Assembly (NCBI GenBank): GCA_018060985.1 | Contig: JAGOUZ010000004.1 | Location: 11,215 to 75,214, forward strand | Direction of reading: 5' to 3' | DNA: 64,000 nt | Source: Minisyncoccota bacterium | GTDB lineage: Bacteria > Patescibacteriota > Minisyncoccia > Phycocordibacterales > SBAW01 | Part shown: positions 10,083 to 18,299 of the stretch, piece after piece | How positions within the stretch are numbered: the stretch's first letter is position 1 | How the letters are laid out: every line of letters starts with the position of its first letter | The notes under the pieces: model-generated | The model's database searches: none | Seen by the model: only the letters and a program-made list of their open reading frames with translations | What the model was told of the DNA's origin: nothing | Program-made: the position numbers and the translations under genes

Positions 10083-10691
10083 ATGATATATCCTGTTGGT
10101 ATGAGTGAGTTTCTCTCGAATGAGGGGTCCCCAGAATCTTATAGTGATGAGGAGCTTTTGGCGCTTTCGCTCAAGCATCCTTCACTATTTGCGCTCCTCG
10201 TGCGGCGTTACGAAGAGCCATTTATGCGCAAGGCAATGAGTATCGTGCGAGAGAGGGAAGAGTCCGAGGATATCGTTCAGGAGGCCTTTACGAAGATCTA
10301 CCTCAATGCAAAGAAGTTCAAAACAGTTGAGGGCGCAACGTTTTCTTCCTGGGCCTACCGGATAGTCATCAACACTGCTCTGACGCATTACATGAAGCGT
10401 AAGCGCAAAGGGGAGCGGGTAGTGGAACTCGACGAAGAGATCTGGGCGCTTATACCAGACAAGAATCTGCGTCAGTTTGAAAAGAAAGAGCTGCAAGACT
10501 TGGTGACTTCTGTTCTTACCCGCATGTCGCCGATGTTTGCAAAAGCGCTCGCCAGCTTCTTCTTGGACGGGAAGTCTCAGGAGGAAATGGCCGAGGAAGA
10601 AGGAGTGTCAGTGGGAGCGATTAAAACCCGCGTGCACCGCGCTAAACATGAGTTTACTAAAATTTATAAATCTATTACTAACACCGTATGA
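10083..10691 (+). CDS. Sigma-70 family (ECF-type) RNA polymerase sigma factor
   Basis: Region 2 (DIVQEAFTKIYLNAKKF...FSSWAYRIVINTALTHYMK) and a region 4 HTH (EMAEEEGVSVGAIKTRVHRAKHEF). Confidence 0.7.
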   Translation: MIYPVGMSEFLSNEGSPESYSDEELLALSLKHPSLFALLVRRYEEPFMRKAMSIVREREESEDIVQEAFTKIYLNAKKFKTVEGATFSSWAYRIVINTALTHYMKRKRKGERVVELDEEIWALIPDKNLRQFEKKELQDLVTSVLTRMSPMFAKALASFFLDGKSQEEMAEEEGVSVGAIKTRVHRAKHEFTKIYKSITNTV

Positions 10692-11023
10692 AAACTATTG
10701 AGCAAACAGTAATGACCAACGTTGCGGTCATTTATATAGGACGGAAGTTTGTGTCGCGCACTGCGCTCAAACTCTATGCGCTCGGTGTTTCTGCGGTAGG
10801 TATTGTAACGTTTGTCTCTGTTTCAAACGTCACCACCAATTTCACGAACGTGGCTCAAAATGGGGTAGAGAGTGTCGTCGCGTTTCTGGTCGCTGCGATC
10901 CTTGGTACGACCATTGTGGTACAAATTGCGCTTTTGCTTGGCGCTGCCGCCGTATTTTCTCTTATTGCAGACGCTGTTAAGTCAATTTCTTCATCTTCAG
11001 ATTCGCGTCAGTTGGCCGCCTAA
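10688..11023 (+). CDS. Small membrane protein translationally coupled to the sigma factor (candidate anti-sigma factor)
   Basis: Its ATG overlaps the sigma stop (ATGA). It has 2-3 TM helices. The anti-sigma role is inferred only from position. Confidence 0.35.
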   Translation: MKTIEQTVMTNVAVIYIGRKFVSRTALKLYALGVSAVGIVTFVSVSNVTTNFTNVAQNGVESVVAFLVAAILGTTIVVQIALLLGAAAVFSLIADAVKSISSSSDSRQLAA

Positions 11024-11085
11024 AGTTGTGTAATTAGGCAAGGGGAGCGGGGACTTGACAAGACCTGTGGATAACTTTTTCGTAT

Positions 11086-12156
11086 CTATTCCTCTTCAGA
11101 TTCAGAGCCGCCACTAGGAGCTGGCTTCTTTCCCGACGCATTCTCGGCAAAGCCCTTGCGTATGGCCTGCAGTATCTCGTTCGCTACTTTTTTGTTCTCT
11201 CGCAAGTAGGTGCGGGTGGCATCGTAGCCACGGCCTAGCTTCTCCTCCCCGTAGGAGTATGAGGAGCCCGATTTATGGATCACACCTAGGCGTTCGCCAA
11301 GAGCGATAATCTCTCCCTCCCGAGATATTCCTTCGTTGTACAACAGATCAAATTCAGTTGTTCTAAACGGCGCCGCAATCTTGTTCTTAACTACCTTAAT
11401 GCGGTGACGTCCGCCAACAACTTCTTCTCCTTTTTTTATTTGTGCGATACGGCGAATGTCGAGACGCACCGACGTGTAGAACTTAAGGGCCTTCCCTCCC
11501 GTTGTTGTTTCCGGATTTCCGAACATCACCCCTATCTGCATGCGGATCTGGTTAATAAAGATAATGAGTGTCTTTGATTTGGATGTAATGGCGGTCAGCT
11601 TACGCAGAGCCTGGCTCATAAGCCGTGCCTGCTTCCCCATTTGCGATGAGCCCATTTCTCCTTCTATTTCATCTTTGGGGGTGAGGGCGGCGACCGAGTC
11701 TATAACGACGAGGTCTACTTTGCCTGAGCGCACCAAAGACTCAACGATCTCGAGCGCTTGCTCCCCTGTATCTGGTTGCGAGACAAGTAAGTTGTTGATA
11801 TTTACGCCAATTTTCTTTGCGTACTCAGGGTCGAGTGCGTGTTCGGCGTCGATAAACGCGCAGACGCCACCTTTCTTTTGTGCCTCGGCAATGGCGTGTA
11901 GCGTAAGAGTAGTTTTGCCGGAAGACTCGGGGCCAAAGATTTCTATAATGCGGCCGCGTGGGTAGCCGCCAATGCCAAGCGCCCAGTTGAGGCCCTCCGA
12001 TCCTGACGGGATCACATCGATGTTTACCTTCGGCTGATCGCCGAGCTTCATGATGGCTTCGTCGCCAAATTTTGTTTTTATCTCGCGGATTGCCGCATCA
12101 ATAGCGGCTGAGTCGGTTCCGCCTTTCTCTTTCTTTTCTTTCGTCTCTTTTGCCAT
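11086..12156 (-). CDS. recA: Recombinase RecA
   Basis: Walker [11 protein letters not shown] plus the RecA core and L2 region. 356 aa with a Lys/Glu-rich N-terminus. Confidence 0.95.
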   Translation of the reverse strand: MAKETKEKKEKGGTDSAAIDAAIREIKTKFGDEAIMKLGDQPKVNIDVIPSGSEGLNWALGIGGYPRGRIIEIFGPESSGKTTLTLHAIAEAQKKGGVCAFIDAEHALDPEYAKKIGVNINNLLVSQPDTGEQALEIVESLVRSGKVDLVVIDSVAALTPKDEIEGEMGSSQMGKQARLMSQALRKLTAITSKSKTLIIFINQIRMQIGVMFGNPETTTGGKALKFYTSVRLDIRRIAQIKKGEEVVGGRHRIKVVKNKIAAPFRTTEFDLLYNEGISREGEIIALGERLGVIHKSGSSYSYGEEKLGRGYDATRTYLRENKKVANEILQAIRKGFAENASGKKPAPSGGSESEEE

Positions 12157-12173
12157 AGATACTAGGTATTCGT

Positions 12174-12515
12174 TTAGCTGATAGGACAGAAGTTTACGAT
12201 ACTAATATGAACTTCTTTTGAGTTCTCGCGCCCGAACCTGTCCTTTCCCCGTACAGTAAATATAGTATACCCCGGCGGCGCTGAAACACGCTCGGCAAAA
12301 TGCCCCTCCTCGTCGGTAAATGCTGGGCGGTCGTTAATCGTTAAAAATGCAATATTGCTGGCCATGCCGCGCACTACCACCGAGCTGCTTGAGGTGGCAC
12401 TGCCGCTTATGGGTGACTCTATGGTTATAACGGGGCCTGTAATGAGGCGGCGGGCCTCAAAGAATCCGTACCCAATAAGCGCGAGCGCTATAAAGAGCGC
12501 TGCGGCCTTTCTCAT
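12174..12515 (-). CDS. Small secreted/membrane-anchored hypothetical protein between ftsK and recA
   Basis: Signal/TM start [17 protein letters not shown]. Its start overlaps the ftsK stop by 4 nt. Confidence 0.4.
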   Translation of the reverse strand: MRKAAALFIALALIGYGFFEARRLITGPVITIESPISGSATSSSSVVVRGMASNIAFLTINDRPAFTDEEGHFAERVSAPPGYTIFTVRGKDRFGRENSKEVHISIVNFCPIS

Positions 12516-14731
12516 ACCTCGCCCTGGTTTCCCCCTCCGTCTGCCTCAGTCTTTTCAAGTACGTCGCGTGGCTTAGCACCATCAGCTGGGCCTATAACTC
12601 CTCGTTCTTCAAGTATGTCCATGAGCCGTGCCGCACGTGCATACCCAACACGTAGTTTGCGTTGTATGTAGGAGGTTGAAGCTTTGCCCGCTTCCTTTAC
12701 GGCAGATCTGGCAGCTTCGTACATGTCGTCATCAACCTCTTCTTCATCGCCGCCAAAGCCGCCGCTTGAGGAGCTTGAAGAACCACCGCCGCTAGAGTCG
12801 CTCGGTGTGCCGCCGATTTCTATCGGCAGCTCGGCCTCATTGTTTTGAGCAATAAAGTCCACAACGGCTTTTACTTCTTTTTCGCTAATATAGGCATTTT
12901 GGAGGCGTATAGGCTTGCCCATTTCTGCAGACATATAGAGCATGTCGCCACTGCCGAGCAGGTTTTCGGCACCGCCCTGGTCGAGGATAGTGCGAGAGTC
13001 AAACTGCGATGCTACCTGCAATGCCACGCGCGAGGGCACGTTGGCTTTAATAAGGCCGGTAATAACATTAACGCTCGGGCGCTGGGTCGAAAGTACGAGG
13101 TGGATACCAACCGCGCGGCTCATTTGGGCTAAGCGCACAATGGCCCCTTCGAGTTCACGCGGGAAGCTCTGCATAATATCCGCGAGTTCGTCCAGGATAA
13201 TAACGATGTATGGCATACCCTCGGGCACCTCTTCCCCCTCACCAGGGCCGCCATTTTTACGGAGTTTCTCAAGAGTGGGAGCAAGAATATTTTCATGATA
13301 CGAGCCGATGTCGCGGACGCGATGCTCCTCAAGAATGTTATATCGACGATCCATCTCTTTGCCTGCCCAGCGCAGCGCCGCAATCGCTTTCTTGGCATCA
13401 GTAATAACCGGTGTTAAGAGGTGTGGCAATGAGCGGTAGAGCGTCAGCTCAACGCGCTTTGGGTCGATCATAATAAACCGAAGCTGTGCCGGACCCATAC
13501 GATAAATAAGCGAGTTAACAAGGCCGTGGATAGCGACCGATTTGCCCGAGCCGGTAGCGCCCGCAATCAGGAGGTGTGGCATTTTCGCGATATTTCCAAA
13601 CTGTGACCCGCCGGCAATGTCACGGCCCATGGCAATGAGGAGTGGTTTTTGAGACTCAGTAAACTCTTTTGAGTCAAGCAGTGTACCCAAACCCACCGTC
13701 ACTTTTGCGGAGTTAGGAACCTCAATACCGACGAGAGACTTCCCTGGGATAGGTGCTTCTATACGCACTGGGTGTGCTGCAAGAGCGAGCTCCAAGTTAT
13801 TCTGGAGCCCTAGGATTTTCTGTAGGCGCACCCCTTCGGCGGGCTTAATAGCGTAGCGTGTGACCGAAGGTCCTATAGATATTTCATCAAGCTCAACCAC
13901 AATGCCGAAGTTCTGAAGCGTGCGCTTAATAAGATTGGCGTTTGCTTTTATGTCGCCAACGCCGGGGCGCCCGCGATCTTTTTCAAGAAGCGAAACGGGT
14001 GGCGGGGTGTATTTGCCAAGCAGTAAGGCAAGGGAAGCTGCGTTCGATTCCTTTTTAGCGGCTTTGTCCGGCTGAGGAGCGGTGCGTGGTGCGGCTGCTG
14101 CAGCAATGGGACGAGTAACTGGTTCTGCAGTGTCCTCTGCACCGTCCTCCTCTTCGTCTTCGGGCGCCCCAGTAATGATCGGCTCGTGCGCGTCGCCCCC
14201 GGTTTTTTTAGTGAATGGCTTTTTTACGAGTCGGCCAATAGCTGAGATGGTTGCAGTCGGTATCCCCCCTTCAAGGAGTAGGAGTAGGGAAATGAGGGCG
14301 AGGCCGCCAAGAATAATCACTGTGGCGTATACATCGAACATATCTATGAGCGGTCCTGCAATAGAGGAACCAACAATACCTCCGCCGTCTCCTACTATGG
14401 TAATAAACCCTAGTCCTGCAATTATAAAAATAATGCTCGAGATTATCTTAAGAGGGGTGAAGGCGGCTATTTCTGATCGCAAGGCATTTCCTGCCAATAC
14501 AAAAAACAGGAGCGGCAGTAGGAAATACCCAATACCAAGGAGGTAGTTAAATAAACGGTACGCGTCACTACCTGCACTGCCTGCAATACCAAAAGCGGCA
14601 AGAACTAAAAATAGCCCAACAATAAAAAGCACAATGGCAAACACGCCTTTCTTTGTTTCGGTAGGTACGCCGCCAAGAGGATTCTTTAAAAGGGGCTCTT
14701 TCTTGTTACTTTTGCGTGCCATGGACACCAC
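12512..14731 (-). CDS. ftsK: DNA translocase FtsK/SpoIIIE
   Basis: N-terminal TM segments, a Pro/Ala-rich linker, Walker A (AGATGSGKSV), and a C-terminal gamma winged-helix domain (YIQRKLRVGYARAARLMDILEERGVIGP). Confidence 0.9.
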   Translation of the reverse strand: MVSMARKSNKKEPLLKNPLGGVPTETKKGVFAIVLFIVGLFLVLAAFGIAGSAGSDAYRLFNYLLGIGYFLLPLLFFVLAGNALRSEIAAFTPLKIISSIIFIIAGLGFITIVGDGGGIVGSSIAGPLIDMFDVYATVIILGGLALISLLLLLEGGIPTATISAIGRLVKKPFTKKTGGDAHEPIITGAPEDEEEDGAEDTAEPVTRPIAAAAAPRTAPQPDKAAKKESNAASLALLLGKYTPPPVSLLEKDRGRPGVGDIKANANLIKRTLQNFGIVVELDEISIGPSVTRYAIKPAEGVRLQKILGLQNNLELALAAHPVRIEAPIPGKSLVGIEVPNSAKVTVGLGTLLDSKEFTESQKPLLIAMGRDIAGGSQFGNIAKMPHLLIAGATGSGKSVAIHGLVNSLIYRMGPAQLRFIMIDPKRVELTLYRSLPHLLTPVITDAKKAIAALRWAGKEMDRRYNILEEHRVRDIGSYHENILAPTLEKLRKNGGPGEGEEVPEGMPYIVIILDELADIMQSFPRELEGAIVRLAQMSRAVGIHLVLSTQRPSVNVITGLIKANVPSRVALQVASQFDSRTILDQGGAENLLGSGDMLYMSAEMGKPIRLQNAYISEKEVKAVVDFIAQNNEAELPIEIGGTPSDSSGGGSSSSSSGGFGGDEEEVDDDMYEAARSAVKEAGKASTSYIQRKLRVGYARAARLMDILEERGVIGPADGAKPRDVLEKTEADGGGNQGEV

Positions 14732-14783
14732 ACATCATAGCATGTGGAAAGGCTCTTGCGCTTCGTTAGGGCAGGCGATACGC

Positions 14784-14850
14784 TAAGGGACACACGTCTT
14801 TTATAAAAGTCTTTTATCAGATAAAGGACATATTAGATTTGTAAAGGACA
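14784..14850. promoter_or_regulatory. Three direct copies of a TAAAGGACA-like 9-mer in the ftsK/14862 divergent intergenic region (candidate operator)
   Basis: TAAGGGACA at 14784-14792 and TAAAGGACA at 14822-14830 and 14842-14850. Five more copies lie inside the downstream CDS (14906, 15331, 15344, 15356, 15388). Confidence 0.4.
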
Positions 14851-14861
14851 CTTCGTGAAAA

Positions 14862-15602
14862 ATGAAAAAAGACTTCACTAAACTAGCTTTACAATCAATC
14901 CTTTTTAAAGGACATCGCAACTGGTACTTCTCGTATTTGAAGATTGAAAAACTGGCCCATGTCCTCTTACTGTTAAAACAAAAAACGGTAAGTCCCAGTC
15001 CCCTATTTAATAATACGGTAGAACAGGCGACCCGTGCTCCTGAGATACTTCTCAGCACTATTTCGGGAGACGTGGCAGATGAGCGATGCTTGGCGTATAT
15101 ATTTGCCATCATTTCGCAACTGAGGCTTCTTACTACCAGTGGAGAAATTGGAAGGGAAAATGCCGCCATTTTGGTCCAAGAATTCGAGCAGATTATCGAA
15201 AGGGTAGTTGAAGCCGGGCAAGGCTTCAGCGCCGCTATTATTTCATCAGAACACCTGTCTGTTGCGTTCTCAGCAGAAGAAGAGTATCCGCAGTCACTAC
15301 CGGTTCCAACGGGGTTCCCAGCGCAGCCCATAAAGGACATATATAAAGGACAATATAAAGGTCATAAGACTGAAGAGGTATCCGCAATAAAAGGACAGGA
15401 ATCCTCTGAGGGCCGAATTACCAAAATACTCGAAATAGTGCGTAAAAATAAGGGTATTTCTATAAAGGGTATTTCAACCTTTGTCCGAGACTGCAGTGAG
15501 AAGACAATCCAACGGGAGCTCGGGACACTTATTGAGCAGGGGTTAGTTGTAAGAGAAGGTGAGCGTCGGTGGAGTATATATAGAGCAACCTCAACTTCTT
15601 AG
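14862..15602 (+). CDS. Hypothetical protein with a C-terminal winged-helix (DeoR/MarR-like) DNA-binding domain
   Basis: The C-terminus (ITKILEIVRKNKGISIKGISTFVRDCSEKTIQRELGTLIEQGLVVREGERRWSIY) looks like a wHTH. The N-terminal two thirds is unrecognised. Confidence 0.4.
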   Translation: MKKDFTKLALQSILFKGHRNWYFSYLKIEKLAHVLLLLKQKTVSPSPLFNNTVEQATRAPEILLSTISGDVADERCLAYIFAIISQLRLLTTSGEIGRENAAILVQEFEQIIERVVEAGQGFSAAIISSEHLSVAFSAEEEYPQSLPVPTGFPAQPIKDIYKGQYKGHKTEEVSAIKGQESSEGRITKILEIVRKNKGISIKGISTFVRDCSEKTIQRELGTLIEQGLVVREGERRWSIYRATSTS

Positions 15603-16084
15603 TTTTTATAGCGCATCCATACATTGACCCGCTTCCTCCTTTGGTGTATCTTCGGAGATGTGGAGAGTAAAGCAAAAAGCCCCCTAGGGCTATTTTGGCT
15701 GTTATCCACAGGGTTTTTCTCCGATTTTGCGGGGGAGACCTATAATAATACCTAGCGACTACCTCAACGTGAGGTAAGCGTGAGTTTACTTAAGGGTTCA
15801 TTGACAACTGAATACGCAATGAAAGTTTAGAAGCACTGTGTAAGTGCTGGGCACTCTTTACGTCTGTATTTAAAGAAACAGACTTGTTCCTTTCCGCATT
15901 ACCTTGTTCCACCACGGACGCAAAACGGCTGCATATTCCACTCCCCTCTTACTACCAACGTTCTCTCCACATTTTTGTCTGCTCCTTTTTATAAGGAGAT
16001 CCAAGACAAAAGGATGGAAGGGCAGGTAGACATATTAGTGTTTAGTGCGATTACAAGTTTAGGTTTAAAATTAATTAGTTGTGT

Positions 16085-18118
16085 ATGACTATTAGCATTA
16101 CAAAAAGTTCACGGATCGCCGCTTTGGCGGTAGGTGCTGGCTTGGTCCTCGCAGTTGCCTTCGGCAGCTTCGTAACACCATCTCAGGCAGCTCTTTCCTC
16201 AGCGCAGGTCCAGTCGATTCTCTCACTCCTTCAGTCTTTCGGGGCTGATGCAGCGACAATCGCAAACGTAAACGCATCGCTCACAGGTGGTACTCCATCG
16301 ACTCCGGGTACTGGTACAGGTTCAACAGTTTCCTGCAATATCACTAGCGACCTCACCATGGGTTCTACTGGTCTTCAGGTAACATGCCTCCAGCAGTCCC
16401 TCATTGCGATGGGCTTCTCTATTCCGGCAGGTGCAACGGGTTACTTCGGTGCCCAGACCCAGTCGGCAGTAGCAAAGTGGCAGATGTCTAAGAACATCAC
16501 GCCGGCAGCAGGTTACTTCGGTGCTATCTCACGCGGTGCGTGGGGAGCAGGAAGCACTCCTGGCACACCGGGCACACCTACAACTCCAGGTCTTTCTGGT
16601 ACTGCAGGTACTCTTACTGTTACTCAGACCTCAACCGACGTTGAAGACGAGGTTCTCACAGGCGAAACCGAGCAAGTTCTCGGCTTCAAGGGTGAAGCTT
16701 CTGGCTCTGACGTATTGGTAACCAACGTTCGCGTACGCTTCACAGCAGCAGTTGATGCAACCGCATCTGACCGCCTCTCGAACTACGCAAGCGATATCAG
16801 CATCTGGGCTAACGGCCAGAAGGTTGGTTCTATGGATGCCGATGAATTTACCCGCGATTCTGCAGGCGTCTACTCTGCAAGCATCCCGGTATCTCAGGTT
16901 GTTCGCATGGGCTCTGGAAACAAGGTTACGTTCCACGTTGGATTTACAGGCAACTCATCAGTTGACTCTGATGACGATGGCTCAACCAACGACTGGACTG
17001 CAGCTCTTGTCCAGGTTCGCTACACTGATGCAGCTGGTGCCGTACTCTTCGACACCACTTCAGCTTCAAACGCTGGCATCTATGTAAACCGCGCTTCATC
17101 TTCTACGGACGTTAAACTCCGCATGGGTGAGGGTTCAGGAAATCCTAAGACTTCAAACATTAAGGTATCTACATCTGCAAGCTCAGAAATCACTCTCCTC
17201 GAGTTTACCCTCAAGGCAGAAGGTTCTGACATGTACTTCGATCAGGTCAAGGCAACCACAACGGTTACTGGCGTTGACACGATAGACGACATTGCATCTG
17301 ACTTCTTCCTCATGAAGGGCAGCGACAAGGTTGCAGAAGTAACAGCAGCAAGCACAGCAAACACTACTCACCAGGCGTTGACCTTCAACCTTGATGACAC
17401 AGAAGAGCTGGATTCAGGTGATACTGCTACTTACAAGATCGTTGCTAAGATTAAGACCATCGCAACTTCGAACACTTCAACAACGTTCGGCGGCGGTGAC
17501 TCAATCACAGCTTCGACTTCAGTAGGTACTTGGAACATCAACGCAAAGGCTGCGTCTGACGGCAAGCAGGTTACAGAGCGCACTGGCTCAGTTACCGCTT
17601 ACGCTCAGTCTCTCTACAACGAGGGTGTTCAGGTAACAAAGGTTAGCGAGGCATTTACGCACAACGCAAATGCAACTAACCCGAACTTGAGCTCTGGTGA
17701 ATTCAAGATGACGATCCGCATCACGAACTTCGGTTCTAACGATGTGTACGTTCCGCTTAACGCAAGCGCAACGACTACGATTGACTCTGCATTCACAGGT
17801 ATGACCAAGGGTGCTACCTTCACAACTGTGAACGGTACTCCTACGGCAACTTCAACCGGAACAGCAACACTTACCCGCGTATCAGGTGGTACAGAGAAGA
17901 CAAACTCTGTCCTCATCGGTGGCGGTCAGTCAGCTGACTTCATTGTCACCAACACGTTCAATCCGAACGGTTCTGCTGGTGGTTCCGGAGCACAGCAGTG
18001 GCGCATGCAGCTCTTGGCAGTTGGTACCGCTTCAAGCGATTCAGCTACTGCAACGAGCTTCATCAACGCAACTCCGTCTGAAGACTTCCGCACTTCTTAC
18101 AACACGGTTAACGACTAA
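16085..18118 (+). CDS. Secreted cell-surface protein: signal peptide, peptidoglycan-binding (PG_binding_1-like) domain, then a ~500-aa Thr/Ser/Gly-rich beta-rich region (S-layer candidate)
   Basis: Signal peptide AALAVGAGLVLAVAFGSFVTPSQA. A PG-binding-like motif (LTMGSTGLQVTCLQQSLIAMGFSIPAGATGYFGAQTQSAVAKWQ). The ATG at 16085 was chosen over the TTG at 16079. A ~480-nt leader lies upstream. Confidence 0.5.
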   Translation: MTISITKSSRIAALAVGAGLVLAVAFGSFVTPSQAALSSAQVQSILSLLQSFGADAATIANVNASLTGGTPSTPGTGTGSTVSCNITSDLTMGSTGLQVTCLQQSLIAMGFSIPAGATGYFGAQTQSAVAKWQMSKNITPAAGYFGAISRGAWGAGSTPGTPGTPTTPGLSGTAGTLTVTQTSTDVEDEVLTGETEQVLGFKGEASGSDVLVTNVRVRFTAAVDATASDRLSNYASDISIWANGQKVGSMDADEFTRDSAGVYSASIPVSQVVRMGSGNKVTFHVGFTGNSSVDSDDDGSTNDWTAALVQVRYTDAAGAVLFDTTSASNAGIYVNRASSSTDVKLRMGEGSGNPKTSNIKVSTSASSEITLLEFTLKAEGSDMYFDQVKATTTVTGVDTIDDIASDFFLMKGSDKVAEVTAASTANTTHQALTFNLDDTEELDSGDTATYKIVAKIKTIATSNTSTTFGGGDSITASTSVGTWNINAKAASDGKQVTERTGSVTAYAQSLYNEGVQVTKVSEAFTHNANATNPNLSSGEFKMTIRITNFGSNDVYVPLNASATTTIDSAFTGMTKGATFTTVNGTPTATSTGTATLTRVSGGTEKTNSVLIGGGQSADFIVTNTFNPNGSAGGSGAQQWRMQLLAVGTASSDSATATSFINATPSEDFRTSYNTVND

Positions 18119-18190
18119 TAACTTAGTCGAAGACCTAGGTTGGCGAAGAGACAATTCGCAAACCTCCAGTTGGGGATAGGCCCAACAAAC

Positions 18191-18222
18191 AAAAAACCAC
18201 TCCGAAAGGGGTGGTTTTTTGT
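18191..18222 (+). terminator. Rho-independent terminator after the surface-protein gene
   Basis: CCACTCC-GAAA-GGGGTGG hairpin (GNRA loop) followed by TTTTTTGTT, with an A-run upstream. Confidence 0.7.
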
Positions 18223-18299
18223 TATGCGTGTTCTGCCGAATTGTGCACAGGGGTGAGGTGGCTTGGAGAGTTGAGCGTTACAATTTGGTGGAGGATTAC

